A stretch of DNA of 64,000 nt. Source: Candidatus Nomurabacteria bacterium RIFCSPHIGHO2_02_40_30. Lineage in GTDB: Bacteria > Patescibacteriota > Minisyncoccia > Phycocordibacterales > UBA9973. The DNA is taken from assembly GCA_001785445.1 (NCBI GenBank), contig MFTV01000016.1:159859-223858 (forward strand), in the 5' to 3' direction. Within the stretch, counting starts at the first letter, position 1. The number at the start of each line of letters is the position of its first letter. Under the pieces are notes generated by a model. It was not told where the DNA came from and ran no database searches. It saw only the letters and a program-made list of their open reading frames with translations. Below, piece by piece: positions 50,021 through 59,704 of the stretch. The position numbers and the translations under genes were made by a program.

Positions 50021-51700
50021 ATGCAAAAGTATGGTGAATTACTGCGGACTCTTTTAGCAAAGAGAGGCATTACGGACGAGGCGCAAGCGGAGATTTTTCT
50101 GGAACCCGATTATCAAAGAGATTTGCATGACCCATTTTTAATGCGTGACATGGAGAAGGCTTGCGTTCGGCTCTTTGAAGCCATAGATAACAATGAAAAG
50201 ATAGTTATTTACGCTGATTATGATTGTGACGGCATTCCGGGAGCAGTAATATTACAAGATTTGTTTAGAGAAATAAAATATACGAACTACGAGGTCTATA
50301 TTCCACAGAGGAATTCCGAAGGCTACGGGCTCAACTTAGATGCTGTTAAAGATTTTGCAAATTCTAATGTGAAGTTAATAATAACCATTGATTTGGGGAT
50401 TACTGCTGTGGCTGAAGTAGCCCAAGCAGAAGTAGACGGCATAGATATAATAATTACCGACCATCACTTGCCTCGCCAAAGCGAGAGCAACGGCGGGCTT
50501 GCTTTCAATTTGCCACGCGCCTATGCTATTTTGAACCCAAAGGTAGATAATTACCCTGAAAAAATGCTCTGTGGCGCCGGAGTGATGTTTAAATTTGTGC
50601 AAGGATTTTTAAAAAAATATGGCGAATACTTCAAGGTAAAAGAAGGTGTAGAAAAATGGATGCTCGACATGGCTGGCGTTGCTACACTTTCCGACATGGT
50701 GCCACTTGTCGGTGAGAACAGGGCACTAGCTTATTTCGGCATGAAAGTTTTAAGAAAATCTCCGCGTCCTGGCTTGCAGAAACTTTTAGCAAAACTAAAC
50801 ATCGAGCAGAAATATCTTTCAGAAGATGACTTAGGCTTTATGGTAACTCCGAGGCTGAACGCCGCTTCACGCATGGATGACCCGATGCGAGCTTTTGAGT
50901 TACTTTCTACTGATGATGAAGTACAGGCTGAAGCGTTAGTGAAACATTTATCAAGAATAAATGATGAGAGAAAAAGTATTGTCACAGGAATCATGCGGGA
51001 TGTAAATAAGAATTTTGATAAGCGCCAAATGAATGAGGTAATAGTTATCGGCAATCCCGCTTGGCGTGTGGGGGTTCTGGGGCTAGTGGCAGGTAAAATT
51101 TGTGACGAATATCAAAAGCCTGTATTTGTGTGGGGCAAAGACGAGAATGAATGCATCAAGGGTTCTTGCCGTAGTGATGGCTCGGTGTCGGTAGTGGAGT
51201 TAATGACAGCTTCAAGCGAATCTTTCATTGATTTCGGTGGGCATGAGCTCGCAGGGGGGTTCACGGTTGAAAATGAAAAAATTCATTTCTTAGAAGAAGC
51301 TTTGTCTCTATCTTTTACAAAAGTGCAAAGACCTAAAAAAGAAAATGTAACAAGTTACGACATCAAATCTGACTTAAGCATAGTAAATATGAAAAATTGG
51401 CGAGAGATAGAAAAGCTTGTACCCTTCGGGCTCGCTAATCCAAAGCCTGTTTTTCTTTTTGAAGGTGTTAAGATAGAAAATATAAAAAAATTCGGCAAAA
51501 ATGGTTCGGGTGAGCATTTGGAAATTATTTTCTCTGATGTAAAAAAGAGTAAAGCTAAAGCTATCTCTTTTTTTTCTAATATAGACTCTTTTAAAAATAC
51601 TTTATCAGAAGGATTAAAGCTAAATTTACTGGCCACTTTTGACTTATCTCGCTTCAGGGGGAGAGAAGAGCTAAGACTTCGAATTATTGATATACTTTAG
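50021..51700 (+). CDS. recJ: ssDNA exonuclease RecJ
   Basis: DYDCDG, ITDHH, PRLNAASR, GSCRS, GGHELAGG. Confidence 0.95.
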   Translation: MQKYGELLRTLLAKRGITDEAQAEIFLEPDYQRDLHDPFLMRDMEKACVRLFEAIDNNEKIVIYADYDCDGIPGAVILQDLFREIKYTNYEVYIPQRNSEGYGLNLDAVKDFANSNVKLIITIDLGITAVAEVAQAEVDGIDIIITDHHLPRQSESNGGLAFNLPRAYAILNPKVDNYPEKMLCGAGVMFKFVQGFLKKYGEYFKVKEGVEKWMLDMAGVATLSDMVPLVGENRALAYFGMKVLRKSPRPGLQKLLAKLNIEQKYLSEDDLGFMVTPRLNAASRMDDPMRAFELLSTDDEVQAEALVKHLSRINDERKSIVTGIMRDVNKNFDKRQMNEVIVIGNPAWRVGVLGLVAGKICDEYQKPVFVWGKDENECIKGSCRSDGSVSVVELMTASSESFIDFGGHELAGGFTVENEKIHFLEEALSLSFTKVQRPKKENVTSYDIKSDLSIVNMKNWREIEKLVPFGLANPKPVFLFEGVKIENIKKFGKNGSGEHLEIIFSDVKKSKAKAISFFSNIDSFKNTLSEGLKLNLLATFDLSRFRGREELRLRIIDIL

Positions 51701-51702
51701 TC

Positions 51703-52179
51703 ATGCTAAAAAAGGAGATACACATATATACAGATGGAGCGGCGAGGGGGAATCCGGGGCCTGCCGGCTGGGGAGCAGTTTTCTTAGTGGGTACAAAGGT
51801 TTTTGAGATGGGCGGTAGGGCCGACCATGCTACCAACAACATTATGGAGCTTACGGCGCCAATAGAGACTCTCAAATATGTTAAAAAGCATAAAATAGAA
51901 GCCGAGATACTGTTTTTTGCCGATTCAAAATATGTGATAACAGGCATCAACGAGTGGATACATAATTGGCTGAAAAATAACTGGCGCACAGCCAACAAGA
52001 AGCCAGTATTAAATCAAGAGCTTTGGCAAGAACTTCATGCATTAAATCAAGAATTTAAAGCGAAATGGCATTACGTAAAAGGCCACAACGGCGACAAATG
52101 GAACGACCGAGCGGATGAAATAGCTACCAGCTTTGCCGACGATGCTCCGGTGGCTCTCAAGAAAAATAAATTATTTTGA
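51703..52179 (+). CDS. rnhA: Ribonuclease HI
   Basis: YTDGAARGNPGP, TNNIMEL, DSKYV, VKGHNG..NDRAD. Confidence 0.95.
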   Translation: MLKKEIHIYTDGAARGNPGPAGWGAVFLVGTKVFEMGGRADHATNNIMELTAPIETLKYVKKHKIEAEILFFADSKYVITGINEWIHNWLKNNWRTANKKPVLNQELWQELHALNQEFKAKWHYVKGHNGDKWNDRADEIATSFADDAPVALKKNKLF

Positions 52180-53628
52180 ATGCGGGACAGGATTTTCTAC
52201 TCAATATGTTTTGGTTTTGTGCTTGGAGTACTGTGGGGTTCTTTTGTTTCTACAGATTTGTATTTGGTTTTCTTATTTGCTGAGATTGCTTTTGCGCTAT
52301 TTTTATTCTTTTCTTTAATTTCCCAAAATAGCTGGGGGATTATCGCAAGTATTTTTATTTTGACTTTTGTTTTTGGCTTATGGAGATTCAGCATAGCAGA
52401 CAGAGTTGCGCCAATTGTGGTTTCTATGCATGGCGAGATAGTGGATGAACCGACCATGGGAGAAAATAATCAAAAGTTGATAGTGCAAACCAAAGAAACT
52501 ATAATTTTAATTACTACTGATTTTGAAAATAATTATAAATACGGGGATATAATCAATTTTTCCGGTAAACTGGAAAAACCAGAAAACTTTATTACCGACC
52601 AAGGCAAAGAATTTGATTATATAAATTATTTAAGAAAAGATGGTATTTTTTATGTAATAAGTTTCCCCAAAGTAGAGATTATCTCACGAGGGAATGGTAA
52701 TTTTATTCAAGCTTTTTTATTTTCTGTTAAAGAGAAGTTTCTAGAAAAAATGAATCTGGCAATACAGACTCCAGAGAGTCTCTTGATGGGGGGTCTTATT
52801 TTGGGAGAAAAAGCTTCTTTTAGTGCCCCAATGAGGAAAAGTTTTGTTGATACCGGAACGATACATATAATAGCGCTCTCTGGCTATAATGTGACGATAG
52901 TGGCCGAATGGCTTATGAAGTTGTTTGCCCAAATACCCTATGCGTCCAAAAATCTTGGTATTGGTATAGGGATTTTCACAATCTTACTTTTCGTATTAAT
53001 GACAGGTGGCAGCTCCACAGCCATCCGGGCGGGGATTATGGCAGTTTTAGCATTAATTGCCCGTGCGACCGGCAGAAATTATGATGTCGCGCGGGCTCTC
53101 ATTCTGGCGGGGGTATTTATGATTTTACTCAATCCATTTGTGCTGGTGTATGACGTGTCTTTTCAGCTTTCTTTCATCGCTACAGTGGCGGTGATATTTT
53201 TTACACCAAAGATAGAAAAGTATTTTTTATGGGTGACGAAAAGTTTTGGTCTGCGAGACATTATTTCTGTTACCTGCGCCACATATATTTTCATCATGCC
53301 TTTTATTCTTTACAAAATGGGCAATCTTTCCATAGTAGCTCTGCCCGCTAATATTTTAATTCTTCCCCTTATTCCATTTACTATGTTCCTCGGTTTTCTC
53401 ACAAGTTTTGTAGGGCTTATTTCTTATGTACCTTCTGTGCCATTAGGCTATATTTCGTACTTATTTCTACACTACGAGCTTGGCGTTATAAATTTTTTCG
53501 CAAATATTCCTTTTGCCTCTCTTTCATTTCCTAATTTTCCATTTTTACTAACACTAGCTATCTACGCATATTTTATTTACGTGCTTTTCGGCAAAAGTGT
53601 TAAAAAAACTTTTGAAACAAATTTTTAA
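52180..53628 (+). CDS. comEC: ComEC/Rec2 competence membrane domain
   Basis: GTIHIIALSGYNV, AIRAGIM, SFQLSF, ANILILP. Confidence 0.9.
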   Translation: MRDRIFYSICFGFVLGVLWGSFVSTDLYLVFLFAEIAFALFLFFSLISQNSWGIIASIFILTFVFGLWRFSIADRVAPIVVSMHGEIVDEPTMGENNQKLIVQTKETIILITTDFENNYKYGDIINFSGKLEKPENFITDQGKEFDYINYLRKDGIFYVISFPKVEIISRGNGNFIQAFLFSVKEKFLEKMNLAIQTPESLLMGGLILGEKASFSAPMRKSFVDTGTIHIIALSGYNVTIVAEWLMKLFAQIPYASKNLGIGIGIFTILLFVLMTGGSSTAIRAGIMAVLALIARATGRNYDVARALILAGVFMILLNPFVLVYDVSFQLSFIATVAVIFFTPKIEKYFLWVTKSFGLRDIISVTCATYIFIMPFILYKMGNLSIVALPANILILPLIPFTMFLGFLTSFVGLISYVPSVPLGYISYLFLHYELGVINFFANIPFASLSFPNFPFLLTLAIYAYFIYVLFGKSVKKTFETNF

Positions 53629-53720
53629 GGGGTTTTGAGCTCGACGGAGCGAAAACTTCAAGATTTTTTAAGCTTCAAAAAATCTGTACCGACAAAAATT
53701 TCGGTTTCTAAAGTTTTTTT
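53602..53720 (+). repeat. Palindromic mini-element (family A) overlapping the comEC 3' end
   Basis: IR aaaaaaacttttgaaac/gtttctaaagttttttt (16/17); core shared with the 25868 element. Confidence 0.9.
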
Positions 53721-54316
53721 TATAAAGCCTCTTTGAAGTTTTTTTCTATTACTTCCCAGTTTAAGTTTACGAAAAAGTCTTCCACGTAATCTTTTTTCCC
53801 ACCCGGGCTATAGTCTGCGATGTAGGCATGTTCCCACATATCCAAGGCGAGTACCACAGCGCATCCGGAGAGCTGTCCGAGCTCATGATCTCCGACATAA
53901 GCATTCAAGAGGCATTTGTCTTTTTTGTCATAATACAGCATCGCCCAGCCGATGCCTCGGCTCATGGCTATGGCCTTGAAACGAGCGAGCCAAGCTTCAA
54001 AGGAGCCCGAAGTAGATTCTATTGCCTTATGTAATTCTCCATCTTTTGAAATTATTTTTGCTCCGTTTGAAAGGGCGTCGAAGTATATTTCGTGGTTACG
54101 CATGCCATCATACTCGAAACCAAACCTTCTTTGTATTTCCCCCAGCTCGTAGGCATATTTCTCCGAGTCTTTTGCGAGCTCCTCTATTTTTTGTAAAATT
54201 AAATTTGTATTTTTTACATAGCCGGCATAGAGCTTCAAGTGGTCTTCAATGGTTTTGGCAGATATTCCTTTAAGTGCCGGGATGTTAAACTTTTTTTCTT
54301 CAAACTTCTTGAGCAT
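53720..54316 (-). CDS. sod: Fe/Mn superoxide dismutase
   Basis: HLKLYAGY, NHEIYF, GIGW, LDMWEHAY; start at MLKKFEE. Confidence 0.9.
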   Translation of the reverse strand: MLKKFEEKKFNIPALKGISAKTIEDHLKLYAGYVKNTNLILQKIEELAKDSEKYAYELGEIQRRFGFEYDGMRNHEIYFDALSNGAKIISKDGELHKAIESTSGSFEAWLARFKAIAMSRGIGWAMLYYDKKDKCLLNAYVGDHELGQLSGCAVVLALDMWEHAYIADYSPGGKKDYVEDFFVNLNWEVIEKNFKEAL

Positions 54317-54330
54317 GTTAATATTGTACC

Positions 54331-55200
54331 ATGTTTCAAAGTCGCAAGAAGTATGCTCTGTTGATTTTCGCCCTGTTACTTTTGGTGGCAACTATGTACC
54401 TATTTTACCTTGACTTTAAAGGTTCTAATCAAGGTTTAACCTTTGCTATGCTAGATGTTGGTCAAGGAGACGCTCTTTTTATCGAGTCGCCCACCGGCAC
54501 ACAGATTATGTTTGACACGGGGTCGGCGCGTAGCGTCTTGGGTCAGCTCTCTAGAGTTATGTCTCCGTTTGATAAAAGTATTGATGCCGTAGTTGTTACC
54601 AATCCGGACGCAGACCATATAGCCGGCTTCATGGATATTTTGAAAAATTATAAAGTAGGCATGGTTTTTGAGCCGGGCACGGTAAATGATTCAAAAATAT
54701 ATCAAAATATTAAAACAGAAATAAAAAATAAAAACATTCCGAATATTTTAGCAAGAAAGGGGATGCGTTTAAATATTGGTGGCGGAGCTTTTATAGAAAT
54801 TTTATTTCCAGACAGAGATGTTTCTTTATGGGACACCAATGATGGCTCTATCATAGCGAAGTTAAGCTATGGCAAGATTTCCGTCATGCTTACTGGCGAC
54901 TCGACAATGCTGACAGAGAAAATAATTCTCAAGGAAAATTCCATAGGGAAACTCGCCAGTACTGTTTTAAAAGTCGGGCATCACGGCTCGCGGACTTCTA
55001 CCTCGGCAGACTTTGTAAAAACGGTGGCCCCAGCTTACGCGCTCATCTCTGACGGTAAAAATAATAAATACGGCCATCCGCACCAAGATACGCTAGACAC
55101 TCTGTCAAAATTTGGCGCGAAAGTTTTTCGGACAGACTTACTTGGTACTATAATCATGAAATCTGATGGGCAAAATGTGAAGTTTTCTTTTATGAAATAA
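54331..55200 (+). CDS. ComEC C-terminal-like metallo-beta-lactamase-fold protein
   Basis: LDVGQGDA, TNPDADHIAG, LTGD, KVGHHGS, YGHPH. Confidence 0.9.
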   Translation: MFQSRKKYALLIFALLLLVATMYLFYLDFKGSNQGLTFAMLDVGQGDALFIESPTGTQIMFDTGSARSVLGQLSRVMSPFDKSIDAVVVTNPDADHIAGFMDILKNYKVGMVFEPGTVNDSKIYQNIKTEIKNKNIPNILARKGMRLNIGGGAFIEILFPDRDVSLWDTNDGSIIAKLSYGKISVMLTGDSTMLTEKIILKENSIGKLASTVLKVGHHGSRTSTSADFVKTVAPAYALISDGKNNKYGHPHQDTLDTLSKFGAKVFRTDLLGTIIMKSDGQNVKFSFMK

Positions 55201-55211
55201 TCTGTTATATT

Positions 55212-56405
55212 ATGAACATGCAAGATAAACAAATTGAGAAGCTTATTAAAAACGAGGAGAAAAGACAGAAAAGCATTATCAACTTAATTCCTTCTGAAAA
55301 CTATGTTTCTAAAGATGTTCTAACCGCCCTTGGGTCTATATTTGATAATAAATATGCTGAAGGCTACCCATACGCGAGATATTATGGAGGTCAAAGATAT
55401 ACAGATGAGCTAGAAACTCTTTGCCAAGACCGAGCCCGAAAACTCTTTAAGTTAAAAAAGGATTTTTGGCATGTAAATGTCCAGCCACTTTCAGGATCTC
55501 CTGCGAATTTGGCTGTGTACCTTGCCCTTGTTCCAAAAGGAGCGAAAGTTATGGGCCTACCTCTATCTTCCGGCGGGCATTTGACACACGCGCAGAAAGT
55601 TTCCATTACTGGTAAAGTCTGGGAACAATTACCCATAGTACTAGATTTGAAAACTGAACTTATCGACTATAAAAAAATGAAAGAGGATGCAGTCAGAGAA
55701 AAACCAGTTCTTATTATTGTTGGTTTTACCGCATATCCCCGAATTATTGATTTCAAAAAATGTCGAGAAATTGCAGATGCTTGCGGCGCGTATCTAATGG
55801 TAGATATGTCACACTTTGCTGGTCTTGTGGCAGGAGGTGTATATCCGACTCCGTTCCAATATGCAGATGTTGTTATGACTACCACTCACAAAACTCTCCG
55901 AGGCCCTCGAAGCGCAATTCTCTTTTCAAGAAAAGACAAAAAAATAGGCGACAAAAGTATCTCAACGCTTATCGATAAAGCCATATTCCCAGGTCTTCAG
56001 GGTGGACCGCATATGAGTCAAATTGCCGCTGTTGCAGTTATGCTAAAAGAAGATGATTCTCCAGCTTTTAAAAAATACACAAAACAAGTTCTTAAAAATG
56101 GGAAAGTATTAGCCAGTGAACTTATGCGACTAGGGTGGAGAATCGTTTCCGGTGGTACTGATTCCAATGTTATTTTGGTGGATACTTGGATGAATGGTAA
56201 AGGCATAGTCGGGAAAGAAGCCGAGGCCAAGCTCGAAAAAGCTGGAATTATTTGTAATAAAAATACTATTCCCGGAGAAACTCGTTCACCTTTTGACCCT
56301 TCTGGTATTCGTCTTGGTGCTCCCGCCGAGACAACAAGAGGTAAAAAAGAAAAAGATTTTATTTTGATTGCTAGAAAAATCGATAAAGTTTTGAAAGGGA
56401 AATAG
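55212..56405 (+). CDS. glyA: Serine hydroxymethyltransferase
   Basis: LIPSEN, YAEGYP, GGHLTH, TTTHKTLRGPR, SGIRLG. Confidence 0.96.
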   Translation: MNMQDKQIEKLIKNEEKRQKSIINLIPSENYVSKDVLTALGSIFDNKYAEGYPYARYYGGQRYTDELETLCQDRARKLFKLKKDFWHVNVQPLSGSPANLAVYLALVPKGAKVMGLPLSSGGHLTHAQKVSITGKVWEQLPIVLDLKTELIDYKKMKEDAVREKPVLIIVGFTAYPRIIDFKKCREIADACGAYLMVDMSHFAGLVAGGVYPTPFQYADVVMTTTHKTLRGPRSAILFSRKDKKIGDKSISTLIDKAIFPGLQGGPHMSQIAAVAVMLKEDDSPAFKKYTKQVLKNGKVLASELMRLGWRIVSGGTDSNVILVDTWMNGKGIVGKEAEAKLEKAGIICNKNTIPGETRSPFDPSGIRLGAPAETTRGKKEKDFILIARKIDKVLKGK

Positions 56406-56406
56406 A

Positions 56407-56778
56407 ATGGGAGCACACATTACATTAAACGATACGTTGCAGTTAACCCAAGAACAAGGGTTTCCTGTTGAGCTTAATTTGGAAAAGCATTTAGTTAGTC
56501 CTATTAGATTTGAAGATTTTAAAGGTAAAATTTTTGAGTTTAAAAACAAAGAAGATATTCGAGTGTATCAAGTTCCACCTGTCCGGAATTTTTTAGTGGA
56601 AAATAGAGGTGGTAAATGGATATATTGGGGTTTGGTGCATATTGTAGCTCTTACCTATGACTATGAGAATAAAATTACATCAGGGAAATTTAAAATTATT
56701 TACATCAATACTCCCGAAGAAATGAAAAAAGCTTACGAACTCGCTGATCGTCGCCCTAATTTAAACTACTTTACTTAA
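56407..56778 (+). CDS. Hypothetical protein
   Basis: 123-aa ORF directly after glyA. Confidence 0.7.
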   Translation: MGAHITLNDTLQLTQEQGFPVELNLEKHLVSPIRFEDFKGKIFEFKNKEDIRVYQVPPVRNFLVENRGGKWIYWGLVHIVALTYDYENKITSGKFKIIYINTPEEMKKAYELADRRPNLNYFT

Positions 56779-56800
56779 AAAAGTGCAAAATAAATAATTT

Positions 56801-57340
56801 ATGATTGAAGTTGAAAAAAAGTTTCAGCCAACAGAAGAACAGTTGAAAGTGCTTCTCGAAGGAGCAGAATTTTTGGGTGAGAAAATAGTGCATGATATTT
56901 ACTACGATTATAGTGATTATCGACTTCTGAAAAAAGATGTAAGATTGCGTAATAGAAATAACTTTTTTGAATTAAAAGTTGGCAAATCTTCCGGAGTAAG
57001 CCAAGAAATAGAAAAAAGGGAAGATATTGAGAAGTATTTTAGTACTAGTAACTTGGGAGAATTTATACAAAAAAACCTTGTTGTTATTATTGACTATCAG
57101 TCAAAAAGACAAAAATATAAAAAGGAAAATTTCAGTATTGATTTAGATGAGATGAATTTCGGATATAAGCTTTGCGAGATTGAGCTTTTAGTTGAAAAAG
57201 AGGAGCAAGTAAAAGATGCAGAAAATAAAATAATTGATTTTGCCCAAAAGTATAATTTTGATTTTAAAAGAATTCTTTCAAAAAGATTCGAATTTCTAAG
57301 GAAATTCAAGCCAGAAATTTACAAGGAACTCCGTAAATAA
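56801..57340 (+). CDS. CYTH-domain protein
   Basis: MIEVEKKF, DIYYD, LRNR, EIE motifs. Confidence 0.85.
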   Translation: MIEVEKKFQPTEEQLKVLLEGAEFLGEKIVHDIYYDYSDYRLLKKDVRLRNRNNFFELKVGKSSGVSQEIEKREDIEKYFSTSNLGEFIQKNLVVIIDYQSKRQKYKKENFSIDLDEMNFGYKLCEIELLVEKEEQVKDAENKIIDFAQKYNFDFKRILSKRFEFLRKFKPEIYKELRK

Positions 57341-57381
57341 AAACAGTTTTGTTTTAAGGCTTTTTCTGCTATATTTTCTCT

Positions 57382-58083
57382 ATGGCAAAGAAAGGCAAAC
57401 TCATAGTAATAGACGGCACGGATAGCAGCGGAAAAGCCACGCAGACAGAACTTCTGATTAGGCATTTGAAACACGACGGTCGCAAAGTAAAAGTGGTGGA
57501 TTTTCCAGATTATTATTCAAACTTTTTCGGCAAATTTATCGGCCACTGTCTTTCCGAGCAGTATTATAATTTCGTGAAGGTACATCCCAAAATCGCTTCG
57601 GTGCTTTATGCGGCAGACCGATTCGAATCAAAAGATAAAACAAAAAAATGGCTTAAGAATGGATATATAGTAGTTGCCAACAGATATGCTAGCGCAAATC
57701 AAATCCACCAAGGTGGGAAAATCGAGAGTACGAAGAAAAGGGAGAATTTTCTTAAATGGCTGGCAGAGATGGAGTATGAAGTTTTTAAAATTCCCAAACC
57801 GGACGTCGTGGTTTATTTAGACGTTCCTATTCCCATAGTGCTGAAGTTAATAAAAGAGAGAAATAAAAATAGCCATAGAAGCTATCTAGGCAATAAAAAA
57901 GCAAAGAAAGTTGATGTCCATGAAAAAAATGTTAAATTTTTGGAAAATTCTCGCAAGAGCGCCCTCTGGCTCGCCAAAACTCAAAAGGGTTGGATTAAAA
58001 TAGACTGCATTAAAAATGGAATTATAGATACTCGTGAAAATATTCATAAAGAAATTTACGCAAAAGTTAAAAAGATTATTTAA
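57382..58083 (+). CDS. tmk: Thymidylate kinase
   Basis: IVIDGTDSSGKATQ, LYAADR, NRY, PKPDVVVYLD. Confidence 0.88.
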   Translation: MAKKGKLIVIDGTDSSGKATQTELLIRHLKHDGRKVKVVDFPDYYSNFFGKFIGHCLSEQYYNFVKVHPKIASVLYAADRFESKDKTKKWLKNGYIVVANRYASANQIHQGGKIESTKKRENFLKWLAEMEYEVFKIPKPDVVVYLDVPIPIVLKLIKERNKNSHRSYLGNKKAKKVDVHEKNVKFLENSRKSALWLAKTQKGWIKIDCIKNGIIDTRENIHKEIYAKVKKII

Positions 58084-58106
58084 AAGTAAAGTATTAAAAA
58101 CTTGTT

Positions 58107-58138
58107 TAGCAATAACAAGCGGTCGCGTGTTATTGCTG
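58107..58138. repeat. Left copy of a 32-bp palindromic direct repeat
   Basis: tagcaataacaagcggtcgcgtgttattgctg. Confidence 0.85.
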
Positions 58139-58140
58139 TT

Positions 58141-58704
58141 TTAGCATAAATCAAATTTTTTCATTAAATGTAACTGGTTGTCCACATTTTCAGCTAAAAT
58201 AAAACGCACGTGTTTTCTAGCATTATAAAGTTCTATAATAAATTCAATTTCTTTGCTACAAGGGTAAGGATAAACGAAGACTGATTTCTGAAGTTCAATA
58301 AGACCTATTTCTCTAAAATGCAAACGTAAAGAATCACGCAACCCCTTTAGCTTTTCTGGGATATCAAACATAACTATGCGCCATTTTCCGTCCCACTTTG
58401 CCGGCTTTTTTATTTCTATTTTATCAATATTAAATCGCAAGGCTTTTTTATTTCCATTTTCACTTAAGATCATAGTGGTTGTACCATCTCTGTTATGCCT
58501 TTCTTTGATTAAGTGAGAAGTATATAAAGAGTAAATTGCTCTTTGTAGTGCCTGGCGGTTTATTTTCTCCCATTCTTTTGGTATTTGTTTCAAAATCCAC
58601 CAATGCTTTTTGGGCGATCTAGTTAAGCCAAGAGCTAGACCTGCTAGTAAAAGTAGAAGAATTTTCTTTTTCAGATTTCCTATTCTTAAGTTTCTAGTTT
58701 GCAT
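58141..58704 (-). CDS. PaaX-like wHTH plus Cas2-like domain protein
   Basis: LSENGNKK, WDGKWRIVMFDIPE, LQKSVFVYPY. Confidence 0.82.
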   Translation of the reverse strand: MQTRNLRIGNLKKKILLLLLAGLALGLTRSPKKHWWILKQIPKEWEKINRQALQRAIYSLYTSHLIKERHNRDGTTTMILSENGNKKALRFNIDKIEIKKPAKWDGKWRIVMFDIPEKLKGLRDSLRLHFREIGLIELQKSVFVYPYPCSKEIEFIIELYNARKHVRFILAENVDNQLHLMKKFDLC

Positions 58705-58714
58705 TTTCTTATTA

Positions 58715-58746
58715 TAGCATTAACAAGCGGTCGCGTGCTAATGCTG
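58715..58746. repeat. Right copy of the 32-bp palindromic direct repeat
   Basis: tagcattaacaagcggtcgcgtgctaatgctg (29/32 identical to the left copy). Confidence 0.85.
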
Positions 58747-58788
58747 GGGTGGTTTTTGATGGCTGAAAAGTATATAATCAAGAGTAAT

Positions 58789-59295
58789 ATGCGAATTCCA
58801 ATTGTAAATGAACAAGACAACCTTTTATATTTTAAAGACAAAAGCGAACGCGATAAACGTAAGGAAATAACGCGGTCTTCAAGCCTGATAATTTTTAATG
58901 AAAAAGGTGAAGTTCTTTTGGCTAAGCGCTCAAAGAATAAGAAAAATTCTCCAAATGTTTGGGGTCCTTCAGCTGAAGGATCGTTGGAAGAAGGGGACAC
59001 CTATGAATCTAATGCTATTAAAGAGGCCGAAGAAGAAATAGGAATAAAATTGGATAATGTAATAATTGGTCCCAAACGCAGAGAATCTGATAACTACCAT
59101 GAGTATTTTATACAGTGTTTTTTTGCTACAATTTCTTCAAGCACCAAATTTACTCTTTAAGAGTCAGAAGTTGACGAAGTATGCTGGGTTTCTTTAGAAA
59201 AATTAAAAAATTGGTATTCGAAAAGTCGAGAAGAATTTTTGTCAACATTCGGGAATAGTTTGGAAGTTATAAAAAATTATGCGTATCAAAGTTAA
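58789..59295 (+). pseudogene. NUDIX hydrolase interrupted by an in-frame TAA at 59158-59160
   Basis: Nudix box GSLEEGDTYESNAIKEAEEEIG; the frame continues past the stop as ESEVDEVCWVSLEKL...YQS*. Confidence 0.72.
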
Positions 59296-59701
59296 AAAAC
59301 TTAAGAAAAATGCAAAGTTGCCGAAGTATCATCATCCGGGGGATGTGGGCATGGATGTGTATGCTATGGAGACCGTGACGGTAAAGCCCATGGAGCATTA
59401 TCGTTTCTGGCATGGCTTTGCGCTCGAGTTTCCAGAGGGTTATGTAGCAACCATTATGGATAAAAGCAGTATTTCCAAAGAAGGTTTTCACGCTATCGGT
59501 GGAGTTTTTGATGCCGGTTATCGCGGGGAATACAACACACTATTAGTAAATTTATCAGACAAATCGTATACTTTTGAAGAAGGTGACAAAGTTTCTCAAC
59601 TTGTGATTTTGCCTGTAGTCATAGCAGAGATAGAAGAAACTGATACACTTAATGAGTCAGCTCGCGGAGAAGGAAAATTTGGCTCAACTGGCAAAAAATA
59701 A
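59279..59701 (+). CDS. dut: dUTP diphosphatase
   Basis: GMDV, KSS, GVFDAGYRGE, RGEGKFGSTG. Confidence 0.93.
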   Translation: MRIKVKKLKKNAKLPKYHHPGDVGMDVYAMETVTVKPMEHYRFWHGFALEFPEGYVATIMDKSSISKEGFHAIGGVFDAGYRGEYNTLLVNLSDKSYTFEEGDKVSQLVILPVVIAEIEETDTLNESARGEGKFGSTGKK

Positions 59702-59704
59702 ATA

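Noticed and set aside
58107-58746. CRISPR array or cas locus
   Set aside because: Only two repeats, separated by a whole gene; no spacers or cas1 in the window.
59158-59160. Stop-codon reassignment
   Set aside because: TAA, TAG and TGA all end genes normally elsewhere in the window.
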